NCBI GenBank assembly: GCA_951406725.2
Contig: OX597816.1
Location: 142,228,001 to 142,292,000, forward strand
DNA from: Octopus vulgaris
Taxonomy: Eukaryota
Length of the DNA stretch: 64,000 nucleotides
Reading direction: 5' to 3'
The first letter of the stretch is position 1, and each line of letters opens with the position of its first letter. Positions 39,911 to 51,799 of this stretch are shown one piece after another. The notes beneath the pieces were generated by a model, which was given only the letters and a program-made list of their open reading frames with translations, ran no database searches and was not told where the DNA came from. A program made the translations under genes and the position numbers.

Positions 39911-42891
39911 TTAATGGTTAGAGTTTACCAAGAAAATAAACCCAGCAGATGTCATTTACCATTTGACTATTTATCTCAGTATATCTATGTACTTTGTTCT
40001 AAAGAATCTAAAGAGTTTGAAGAGCTCAGAAAACCATGATCAAATTCATACTCAGAACTGTAAACTGCTGAACAATTTTATTGATTTTAGTTTTTAGCAG
40101 AATTCTTCATTTTTAACGTAATTTCTAAACTCTAATTCTTGTTAAATACACCGTGTTATTTGGTGGTAATTTGTTTAGTTCATTGGCAATTGGCTTTTTT
40201 TTTTTTTTTCAATGTACAGTTCCATGCATGATGCAAACTTGAGGGCAACCCTCTATAACTACTGCCTGAGCCACAAAAGCTCAACTCTTCAAAATATATT
40301 AGTTAGAAACTGAAACCACAGAAAGTAATTAAGATATCATTTTTAAAGGAAATCATTAACTGGCCTGCCTTTATATAGTTTGTAATTGATGTTTTTTCAT
40401 AATTATGCTGCTAAAATTTTCTTCCTTGGGTGAAAAGCTGTAGAATATCTTTAAAAGATTGGTTTGGAAGAAATTATGGCTGTAATTACCAAAGTCAAAT
40501 TTTAATAAACTGTTTATAATTCAGTCAAATTGAATTTGATTTAGAATCTTTACAATTCTCTCCATTGAATAGTTTTGTCACCATGTTAGCTTCAGGCAAC
40601 ATCAACCTCACAATTATTTCGTATTCTAACTTACATTACTGATACGTTTTTCTTCTTTTGAATTTCAATTACCTGAAAGCAATAATGGGAAAATGTTTCT
40701 TAATTATATTTTCAAGAAAGATGTGTTAGAGGTTATCAGCCATAAAATGTTATAATTTCATATTGCTATTTATCAGGGAAATTGTGTAAATCCTTTTCTT
40801 TCTGTACAAATCTAGAATTCTTACATGGTATTTAGATATGAAGAGCTTGTAATTATTCACTTTGAAAGAAAACAGTTTCCAATAATCCTTCATATTGACT
40901 GTATTTCTTATGTTTGAGAAACATACACTGACTAAGCCATGTCCAGAGAATACACAAATAGGTTTTGAACTTTCAAAATTGTTTGTAAAAATTATTTGAA
41001 TTGTTACTTATTGATCTATAAGTTGAAGAGCATTTGGTTACACAAGGCCACATCCAAAAGGAAGATAAGGTCTTTTGAAGCAATAAAGAAGGAATTATAA
41101 AGTCTATGCTCTGTAGTCTTGTGATTTCTTATCTGTTTTGTTAACAAAGCAGGAATGCATAAATGTTACATTTTCATGCATGAACACTTTCTGTCAATTC
41201 TGTGAATCCTTGATAAATCACAGAAAATTGTCATAAACCAATATCCAACTGTGTTTCTTTATGACACTGTATGTGATAAAAGTATCCTAGCAAGAATAGT
41301 CTATAATCTCGGTTATTTGTTGATACCTAAAAATGGCAGGGCTTTTTCAAATGTTCTTTTGTTCCTTGTTTCAAGGATTATGATTATTGGTTTCACCTAT
41401 CACAAATTTTTTTCCATGGAATTGTTCTTCTTGTTACAATTATCAGTATCAAACATACAGTCATCATCAAACTGTATGTACTAACAGAAATATAAAACAT
41501 ATTTTTAGAGCATACTTATACATATTTAAATATACACATTTAGGCATACATATTTATTTTATGCTTCTCTATGCCATAATAATTGATTTTCACAAGTATT
41601 GTTATTTCCATAAAGCCAAACGTTTATATATATATATATATATATTATGTTTACTGTTAGTTACCTTTCTTGTACAACTGAAAAGTTAAAATAAGCATAT
41701 TTCTGTACATTACCCAATGGTCGGAGCTATCTTAGTAGCACTACAGGCACCTGGGCAGTTCATTGCACTGGGTCCTATTGTATTAATTTATTGGCTGCAG
41801 TCCACAATATATACCAATTAGAATTGAAGCTCTAGACTTGTGAAGCACCAGGCCAACTGCCCAGTGTGCCCATGCCTCATGACAGCACTTCCATTCATAT
41901 AAACACAATGGCAGCTATAAAGTTTGAATCCATGATTATATAATCTACTGTTTGATATGTTACCCATTTTAATACTACATTTTAGTCCATGGCTACTTAC
42001 AGTAGAGTTCACTCTTCTTGAAAGCATTCATGTCAGGCAAAGGGATATCATATGTTGATTCCCAAGACACCTATTCATGGTTTATCAGAAAGTACAGGTG
42101 GATAAAAAATTCCCACCAGAGACCCACTGACACATAGTATAAGGTTTCAACTCCATGGATTATGCATTGGGTGTCTACCATACAGGCTGAAATACAATTT
42201 TGTATCCTCTACTCTCCCAGCTTGTAACCAGTGCCTTAAGGCAGCAAACTAGCTAAGTAAATGCTTTGTGATATCCATTCCTACTCTTTAAGCCCAAATC
42301 CTGCCAACTTTGCTTCTATCCCTTTGAGATAGATAAATGAAGTACCAGTCCAGTATTGGAGTTGACCCCTCCCTCTCTCTCTTTTAAAAATCAGCCATAA
42401 TCAAATCTGGGAGTAGATAGCTCCACCAGGTCATAAAATGCCTAAGACATGCTTATGTCTTGGCAGCTGCCCTATATATCTATTAGAAGTTGACCTGAAG
42501 GCAAGGCAATTGATGCCCCAGCCAACTTCATATTTTGAGAGCCAACTCAAGACAACTAACACCCACCAGAAACAGATAATGATTTTTTAAAATCTTATCT
42601 TATTTTCGATGTTATTTTCATATTTTTCTTATATATATGTGTCACCTGTATGTCTGCAGCAAAGCCTTTCAATTACATATATATTTGTGTGTGAGTTTGT
42701 GTTTGTCCCACCACCACCACTTGATAGCTGTTGGTTTGTTTATGTCCCCATAACACAATGGTTCAGCAAAAATGAGTTCTGGGTTTGATTCATTTTATTA
42801 AAACCTATCATGGTGTTGCCCCCATGTGGCCACAATCCTGTGACTGAAACACATAAATGAAAAAATTATGTATATATATATATATAAAAAC

Positions 42892-43715
42892 AAAACAAAT
42901 CAAAATAGATGAACATCAATGGAATTTGTATCTTTGTGGTACCAGTGCCGGTGGCACACAAGAAAACTATCCGAACGTGGCCGTAGCCATTACCGCATCG
43001 ACTGGCCTCCGTGCAGTGGGCAAGTAACAAACACCATCCGATCGTGGCCGTTTCGCCAGCCTCATCTGGCACCTGTGTCGGTGGCACATAAAAACACCAT
43101 CCGAAGACCCGGCAAGACTAGTCAGGCCATAACCCGTGGCCCCTACCTGGGACGTAGTCAGTCCACCTGTGCATACCTTCCTTCTTGTGACACTTGTGAA
43201 GACCTGTTGAGGCAAGTGAAAATCAATCAAAACAAATCAAAATAGATGAACATCAATGGAATTTGTATCTTTGTGGTACCAGTGCCGGTGGCACACAAGA
43301 AAACCATCCGAACATGGCCGTAGCCAGTACCGCATCGACTGGCCTCCGTGCTGCGGGCACGTAACAAACACCATCCGATCGTGGCCGTTCGCCAGCCTCA
43401 TCTGGCACCTGTGTCGGTGGCACATAAAAACACCATCCGAGCGTGGCCGTCTGCCAGCCTCGTCTGGCACCTGTGTCGGTGGCACATAAAAACACCATCC
43501 GAGCGTGGCCGTTCGCCAGCCTCGTCTGGCACCTGTGTCGGTGGCACATAAAATCACCCACTACACTCTCGGAGTGGTTGGCGTTAGGAAGGGCATCCAG
43601 CTGTAGAAACACTGCCAGATCTGACTGGCCTGGTGCAGCCTTCGGGCTCCCCAGACCCCAGTTGAACCGTCCAACCCATGCTAGCATGGAAAACGGACGC
43701 TAAATGAATGATGAT
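42892..43715 (+). mobile_element. Young RTE-LINE 3' region with a 337-bp duplication and 62-bp tandem units
   Basis: The block AAAACAAATCAAAATAGATGAACATCAATGG starts at about 42892 and 43229. 62-bp units start at 43411, 43473 and 43535. Terminal hairpin and (GAT)n tail. Confidence 0.88.
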
Positions 43716-43734
43716 ATATATATAGATATATGTT

Positions 43735-44614
43735 AAGCAGTGTCTAGGTATAAGCAAACTTTAGATTTGTTAAAATATGTTTGTGATTTCAAAAGGAAAA
43801 TTCACTGCAGTTACTATGAAGAAAAAAATTCTCTTCTGGTGAAAGGTGTAAAAAACACCATATCTGCCCAGTGCTGTTCGCTGTTGGATTCCTAGATGCT
43901 GCATTTCTAGCTGTTTCACTGTTATCAATGGGAAATACCAAAGAGAGGCAACTCTGGGCAGATTTAAAACCATAGCTTCACTGAAACACAGTCACCAACA
44001 CTGACTGAGTTGTGCTATTGGACCTCCAAGTGAGAAGAAATTCAGGGGTATCAGCACCCATCAGTGTTTTGGCATAAGCAAACCTTTAAAATATGTTTGT
44101 GGCATATTTTGACTTCTAAATACAAATTCACTGCAGCTACTGTGGAGAAAAAAATTTTCTCTTATGGTAAAAAAATGGTGTAAAAATACCATATGTACCC
44201 AGAGTTGTCCCCTTTTGGATTCTCATTTCTAGCTCTTTAGCCGTTATCAATAGGAAATACTGAAAAGGGGTAACTCTGGACAGATTTAAAGCCACAGCAT
44301 TAATTAAAACACAGTCAACAACATTGACCAAGTTGCAGTATTAGACCACCAAGTCAAGAGAAATTCAGCAGTATCAGTGCCAAGCAATATTTAAGCATAA
44401 GCAAATATTAGGTTAGTTAAAATATGTTTGTAACATATTTCAACTTCTAAAGGCAAATTCACTACTGTTAGCATGGAGAAAAGAATCTGCCAAAAGTTAG
44501 CTCTTGTTGGTATTTCCATTTGATAACAGATAAATAACTAGAAATACTGCATCTGGGAATCCAACACTGAGTAACACTGGGCAGATATGGTGTTTTTACT
44601 ACAAGAGAAAATTT
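43735..44614. repeat. About 325-bp tandem repeat, 2.5 copies, third copy partly inverted
   Basis: Units start near 43735, 44060 and 44383 (ATAAGCAAA...TTAAAATATGTTTGT...AAATTCACT). 44483-44614 is the reverse complement of the unit interior. Confidence 0.85.
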
Positions 44615-45182
44615 AAGTTTCTTGCCATGAGACCTTGGACAGTAGGAGATCAAGTTGTTTCTTAAAAAGATCTACCCCTACTCCATGTAGATCCTTCAGA
44701 TGCTTTGGTAAGGTATTAAATAACTATGGGCCCTTGAATCCCATGCTATTGCAATACATGGTCTTCACTCTAAACAGGATAGCTGGGACCTTTGGAACAG
44801 TGCAGTGACCACCAGTTCAAGGGCTGGTATAGTTCTCGATGCCTAAGTTTGGTGTCAACTTCCATAATCTTCCATATGTATATCACTGCATATCTCTCCA
44901 GTCTTTGTTCTAGGCAGTAGTAATAGCTCTTTCAGTCTCTCCCAATAGCCCAGTTGTTCCATTGATGCAATCTTCCTGGTGTAGCACCACTGAACTGCTT
45001 CAAACTCTGCTATAAATCTGACACTGTGAGGTGACCACAGTTGAGAGCAGTAGTCCAGATGGCTGAATACAAATGTCCTCTATAGAAGCAGCATAGTTTC
45101 CTGGTCCCTTGTGAAGATCCTCAGAATCCATCCAGCCATTCACCTGCACACTGTCACCATTTTGGTGATAGGCACATAAAAT

Positions 45183-45639
45183 AAGTAATATTCTTAAGAT
45201 TATAAACCTGAAAAAGTACAAGTTATTACACCTGGAAAAAGTATAGGACAAGTTATTACTTCTAGTAAAGAATAAGAAACTTTTTACTTAAAATATTGCA
45301 GCTAAAATTAAAATTTTAATATTAAAACTTATTTTATTATAGTTTACAAATAACACTATAATTATTTAAGTAGAATTTGGCTAATTTATTACCTTAAATA
45401 CAGAAAAAAGTGACTAATTACACAAACTGACAAATTAGCTGAATAGTTTTGTACAATAAATTTTAAAGATGAGAACTGTAACGAGTGATAAATTAGAACT
45501 GGCATTCTTGGCTGCAATATTTTAAGTAAAAATTTTCTTATTCTTTACTTTACTAGAAGTAATAGCTTGCCCTATACTTTTCCAGGTGTAATAACTTGTC
45601 CTGTACTTTTCCAGGTTTATAATCTTAAGAATGCTACTT
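45183..45639. mobile_element. Foldback MITE with about 120-130-bp inverted arms
   Basis: 45183-45305 is the reverse complement of 45508-45639 (ATTCTTAAGATTATAAACCTG...TTACTTAAAATATTGCAGC). Arms carry internal subrepeats. Confidence 0.88.
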
Positions 45640-46228
45640 TTCATGCTTGCATTTTTCCATATAATATTACATCAGTTTCCTCTATTTTGATATTATCAAT
45701 AATTGCTATCTCCTTGTGTAGAGCTGTGATGCTGAAGAACTCATCAGACATAACTATTTGCAAGTGTCCCAGCAGATTTGTGAAAACATTCTTGTATTGT
45801 ATTCAGTATTTCACTTATCCTCTATGGGATTGTTTGTAGGATCCTTTGCTATCCTTTTGTGTCCCATTTAGTTTGAGATTTTGCTCGTTGTCTCATTACA
45901 ATCCTCCTATCCCTGGGAATTATATTTTTCTGTTGGTTTGACATTCTCTTTGAAGCCAATTTATTGCATATGTCATGCATGATTGTCATAAAATACTGCA
46001 GCTCTATGTCAATATCTTGTGTAGAGAGACTAGTAGACCAGTTTTATTCTATGACCTCTTTCTGAATACCCTTTCAATCAGTTTTATGAAATTTCAAACC
46101 AGTCTTCCCCTCCTGCCTTTTTTCACTTTTAGTGAAATAACTGATGTATTTAGAGAATAAATATTTCTGGTCTTTAACTTACTAACTTTTATGACAATCT
46201 TTTTGTATTTCAACAACATTACTCTAAC

Positions 46229-46532
46229 CCTGTGTTGGTGGCACGTAAAAAGCACCATCCAAACATGGCCGATACCAGCGCCGCCTTCACTGGCTTCCTT
46301 GCCGGTGGCACATATAAAGCACTAACTGATTGTGGCTGTTGCCAACCTCCCCTGGCACCTAAAAAGCACCCACTACATTCACGGAATGGTTGGCATTAGG
46401 AAGGGCATCCAGCTGTAGAAATACTGCCAGATCAGACTGGTGGCTGGTGCAGCCTCCTGGCTTCCCAGACCCTGGTTAAACCGTCCCACCCATGCTAGCA
46501 TGGAAAACGGATGTTAAACGTTGATGATGATG
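46229..46532 (+). mobile_element. RTE-LINE 3' tail inserted into the CR1 relic
   Basis: GGTGGCACGTAAAAAGCACC units, TTAGGAAGGGCATCCAGCTGTAG, CATGCTAGCATG and (GAT)n. Confidence 0.85.
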
Positions 46533-47587
46533 AAAGTAGTTGAGTGCTTCTAGTTGCCTGCATATCTGCAGTTTTCTGTAGACCTGCATTGTTAGATCTT
46601 TTAAGTAATGGTCCAAGAAAATCATTGGTGCCACCTAAACATTATAGATGAGCACTATTATTTGTGAAGCAGAAGTCCAGAACATTTTTACCTTGTTGGG
46701 TGGAGCACTATTTGCACCATAAAGAGTATGTTTATGAGGTCATGCAGAGACTTGACTTCATATGACATTAGAGAGGTTGAAGTCTTCTAGAAGTATGTGA
46801 AGGCTGTCATTTAGGCTGGTTAATACTTCTTCCTTCTTTTCAAGGCTCTTTTCAAAAGAGTTCCTAAGATTTAGAGCATCTGGTGGGTGACATGTAATAT
46901 TACCATTTTCATTCATTTAATGTTTATCAACAGAATGTCACTGACTGAGTTTGAGTGTAACAGCAGGACTGCAGGCATGACATCTTCCTGGATGTAGATT
47001 ACAACTCCACCATGAATACTCTCTATCCTGACAGTTCAGAATAAAATATATTTTGGTATGTGTATCTGATATGTTAGCATCCAGAAGTGTTTCTGTTCAT
47101 GCCATGTATATTGCTTGATTACATGTCACTAAGTCTCTCAGATATTGGGTTTTACATTGGTGGGATGTTACAGGGTCCCTGATATTCAGCAGGAATACTG
47201 GTGTGACCTGTAGGGTGATGGCAGTGGCTACTGGTCAGACACATGTAGAGGTGTCAGAGGTAGCCACCTTGGATCTTTTGTTCTTAGCAGTGGTCTTGAG
47301 TACTGGTCTGTGTTTCTCAGACTCAATGTTAGATGAAGCCAGGCACTAGCATAGCTAGAGTTTATGCTGCCCTCAGGCCCCCACAAAAAATACATATTGC
47401 CTACAGCAGACCCAAATGTGTTGTCTCCCCCCCCTCCTGTCTAGCTACACAAATCCAAGTCAGCTGCCTTACAATCCTCTGTCATTTCCAAGAAAGACCG
47501 TTGTCCAGCAGCTACTTTCACACTGCATCTACATTTTGTTTCCTCTTAGAATCAGTGTGTGCACCTTCCACATATTTCCAAGGTTAT

Positions 47588-48064
47588 CTGCCGGCAGCAC
47601 CTAAAAAGCACCATCCGAACGTGACCAGTGCCAGCGTTGCCTTGACTGGCTTCTGTGCCGGTGCACATGACCTGCTGTGCTTGAGGGGACCTATTGAGTC
47701 AAGTACATCAACATCAAAATAAATATCAAATGGAAATTGTAGTTGTGATACCTGTGCTGGTGGCACATAAAAAGCACCATCCAAACGTGGCTGATGCCAG
47801 CGCCGCCTTCACTGGCTTCTGTGCCGGTGGCACGTAAAAAGCACCAACTGATCGTGGCTGCTGCCAGCCTCCCCTGGCACCTGTGCTGGTGGCACGTAAA
47901 AAGCACCCACTACACTCACAGAGTGGTTGGCATTAGGAAGGGCATCCAGCCGTAGAAACACTGCCAGATCAGACTGGAGCCTGGTGCAGCTCCTGGCTTC
48001 CCAGACCCTGGTCGAACCGTCCAACCCATGCTAGCACAGAAAACGGACATTAAACGATGATGAT
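47588..48064 (+). mobile_element. RTE-LINE 3' tail with ORF-end remnant and tandem units
   Basis: TGCTGTGCTTGAGGGGACC (ORF end, compare 52953), repeated units and the terminal hairpin with (GAT)n. Confidence 0.85.
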
Positions 48065-48914
48065 CCCTTCCTGTCTTCATTTTTCCATTCTATGCCTCCC
48101 CTACTCTAATCTTTCTTCTTCTTTTCCAGCTCATCACTTCTCTTTCTCTTTTCTCTTGATCTCTCTTCCAGTCACCTTATACTTATTGCCTCTCTTTGCT
48201 CCCATTCCTATGCCTGAATCATTCATTTATCATTGTTCTGCCTGGTTTTCACCAGAATACCATTACTCTGATTAGGGTAGAATTCATTCTCTAGGTCATT
48301 CATTTTTTTCTCGACCAATCAATGGACTGATTGAGTATACCTATTAATAATGAACCTATAATGATTATTGGAAACAGCTGTAAGTCAAATTTACTACAAT
48401 AAAAGAGTATGTAATGACCATTATGTACACCTTGTCTTATATATCACTCTGTGTAAAAGATCTAACTGGGAATACAGCCATGGATTTACAGTATAGAATG
48501 ATGATGAACTGTATCCTCAGACTCTACCAGAAGAATATGTGGTGCTCTTTAATATCTATAAAAATTTGTTGGCATGGTGTATTAACAAAGAGCTTATAAC
48601 ATATTTTGTCCAGATCCAGATTGATAATCCCTCATTAATAACTTTTTGTGTATTTATGTGTGTGTGTGTACTTTGCTTACATACATGTATATTTGTAAGT
48701 ATGTGTATGTGTTTATATGGTTGTGTGTATATGTATGTGTGTGCATATGTATTAACATATAATAATAACTAATAAGGCTGATTTCTAAACTGAAGTATTT
48801 TTCAGTAAATATTTCAGTTCTCATTTATGTCTTCTTAAAACAGAATTTTGGATAAATATATTTCTTCAAGTTTTTGATTATTAAGTAGATTTTACTCTCT
48901 TTCTGTTTAAGTCA

Positions 48915-49265
48915 TTGCTAATGTCACTTATACTTAATACATCATTTCCACTGTCCAACTACACCATTAATATAATATCACTGATGCTGATATTATCAAA
49001 ACTGGGTTTTAGATGAGCTAATACTGTCCACACTCTCATCATTTTTTGGTGCTAACGTTCATAACACTGGGTTTTAAAAATCATTACTACTGTCACTTAT
49101 TTATTATTTAATACAATTAATCCAGTGTCCACCTACACCATATTTTATGATGCTAACATTTTCAATAATGGATTTTGATCATGTTAATAATGTCACTTAT
49201 TCCACACATCAGCTATCAATTCACACCATTTGTTGATAACATTATCAACTCTGGGTTCACAATAT
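48915..49265. repeat. Highly degenerate tandem repeat
   Basis: Recurring AATGTCACTTAT / CACCA..TTT..GATGCTAAC.TT / CTGGGTTTT motifs. Confidence 0.45.
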
Positions 49266-50169
49266 TGATTTTTAAAAACTACCATATGAAAAAAGAAAGT
49301 CTATGAAATATTCAAATCTTATTTAATACATTGATTTTTAGTTGGTAATTGTGTGTGTGTGTGTGTGTGTGTGTGTGCTTGCCTGATGTGATTGTGCATG
49401 CTGCTGAGTTTGTGTGCAGTGTGTATGTACTGTTATGCTTCTTTTCTTATGTATGTGTCTGTGATATTTGTGACTTGTTTGTGTTGCACATGTGACGGTT
49501 GGGCATGAGTTGTGTGTTGTTTTATGTGCTTTTATGTTGTATGTATTCAAATGTGTGGCTGTGAGATGGAGTAAGATACTTCTAAATTAGATAGATCAAC
49601 AAAAGTAATTTACAGAAATGACATCTGAAGATGAAAATGTTGAGATATGGTTGCAAACATGAGGAAAGATGATCCAGCCCTTGACTATCTTGTCATTATT
49701 CAAGCATAACCTATTTCATATTATCTAATGTACTTTTCGTGTTGTTAGGGAATCAAATGTCCCACTCTTAAATTGTCTTCTATAAAAATATAGGTATCAT
49801 TCTTTGTGAGGAATCACTTAATATTGATTTTAAGCTTAGTATTTTTCTTGTGTGATAAATACTATAATTGTTGTTTAGATTCAGGCCCAGCTTGATTGAA
49901 AGGTCAATAATGTTTCAATTGCGACCATTTTATTTTTTTCAAGCATAATGTATCTAGGACTACATTGCTAGTGTTTCTTTCTCTTTTTAAGACTGTAGAG
50001 TGTGATTTGAGAGAGGTTGGGTGTTATTTCTACATACAGCTTCAATTGTGGTGTTCAGGAAATGTGATTTGTGCAAGACAATTATGTCAATGTTTATTCA
50101 TTTTTCTTCTTATAAGAAGAAAATTTATATTTTTACTTGCTGATTGTTGAGGAAGGGGTCGTGTCCATG

Positions 50170-50530
50170 ACTTAGTAGTCCTTCCATGACCAGTTAGTTT
50201 GATGTCATTAATATTTTGTTTAAACTGATGCAGGTCATCACCTGCAGGAAAGACATAAGTAGGGAAGACTGATGTTCTAGAGAGGAACACTGAGTATAGT
50301 TCTTAGTGCAAGGTGGAAAGATGAGAGGATTTGAGGTGCATGAGTGGTGGGTGTATGAGGCCAGTCATCTCTGGGGAGTATAGGCCATTATAGTAGCATA
50401 GAAGAGGGAGAGAGAGAAGAGACAGCATGACTGGTCCAGAAGCTGGAATGTGATTGAATGCAAATCAGTTAAGCTGTCCTTCTCTCGGTGTAGTCCAGAG
50501 TGTCCTAAATGTAGGAGCAGTATTCTATTG
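50170..50530 (-). mobile_element. CR1/Jockey-group LINE 3' end relic
   Basis: Minus-strand fragments EYCSYI, AVSSLSL(FY)..YYNGL, SRTS..PTYVFPAGDDLHQFKQNIN. Confidence 0.7.
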
Positions 50531-51799
50531 TAAAAGTGTCTTCTGTGAAAGCTGTACTGGTGGTCACTGTAGTGAAAGGGTGATAAAGAAAGATTCAATG
50601 TAATAAAACAGAAAATATAATGTAGATAAAACCTGAAAAAAAAGACAGAATGGTCCATTTTTGAATACCAGTGATTAATAGGTTTCCACAATGAGGGCTC
50701 ATCTAAGACTATAGCAGTAACAAAGACTCATTCACCTACATATTGTTTTGTTTATAGTAGGTTTGGTACTGAATTAAATTAATTTCTTTCTACATTGGAA
50801 CTTTAGATATGTATATTGAAAGATTAAAAAATATAAACAGAAAACTAAAATTAATTTTGTTTATAAATTATTTTTAATGCTTCAATAAAAAGCAAATAAA
50901 AAGAACTTTGATTTAAACTTGAGAATTTTTTTATAGCCATTTTTTGATATTGGAAATCTTGTTTGATCGTTGAACATTCCAGTAATAGAATGAACTGAGA
51001 ATAAAAATAAAATAAAAGGAAAGACATTTCAGTAATGAAACTCCTGTTGGTTGCTTAGTGACACATAGTTGATGAGACACTGGTGTGCAATGTTTTCTGT
51101 TCTTTGTTTTTATTCTTTATTTGTCAAGAAACCTAAAATGTGAATGGTTTAGGTTTAATGATTGGTATTTATGTTAAGAATTCTTCATATGAATTGTTGG
51201 TAAAGCTCACAAAATTTGTGAAATGAACAGACTTCATATCATTGCTGCTCTTGGCAATAAAAGTTTTCTTCAAGGTCAAGTAATTTGTACTGATGTGGTA
51301 AATGTGTCCTCTTTAACTGTTTCGATAATTTGGTGAAAGAATCTTTCAAATTTGGAGTGTCATGAACTGAAGTACTAAGTATATGAATAAAAATATCTAT
51401 GACTTTTAATCATTCATTTCTATTCATATGTCAACTGGTAAGCCTTTTTATGGTTGCTCTACAAGCTAGATATAACAACTAAACCTATTTCAAATTGCAT
51501 TTTGATTCCTTAAAAAAAAATAAAAAGTAGAACATAATGTAATCTTTGATTGGCTGTGTCTGAAAATAAAAGAGGATAGTCTTGGGTAGAAGATTTTCGA
51601 TTTTAGGTTTGCTGGATAAGGGCTGGCCTGGGGAGCCAAAAAGAACGGCTGCTAAAATATCTAAGTCTTCTAGATTTTTATTCTTTTAAAAATTAGACAA
51701 ACTGTTTGGCTTCGTTAAAGTGATGAAATAAGAAACAGCGGGTTGCATAGTTGCTCCTAAATACAAAGACCCTCCCTGGTGAAGAATGTACCCTCAGCA

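Larger units (their letters stand above)
44620..47580 (-). mobile_element. CR1-group LINE relic (Cys-rich ORF1, APE endonuclease, tether, RT C-terminus), interrupted and deleted
   Basis: Minus-strand fragments: TETLLDANISD...HGGVVIYIQED (APE); ISEILN.QYKNVFT (tether); GWILRIFTRDQETML...SHLDYCSQLWSP...YWERLKEL...ERYAVIYIWKI (C-terminus). Confidence 0.85.

Noticed and set aside
41722-41890. Short inverted motif GGCAC(A)CTGGGCAGTT suggesting a hAT MITE
   Set aside because: Termini and TSD are too degenerate to define an element.
43350-43560. 62-bp periodic array resembling a CRISPR array
   Set aside because: The units are near-identical throughout, with no unique spacers and no cas genes. The context is a eukaryotic LINE 3'UTR.
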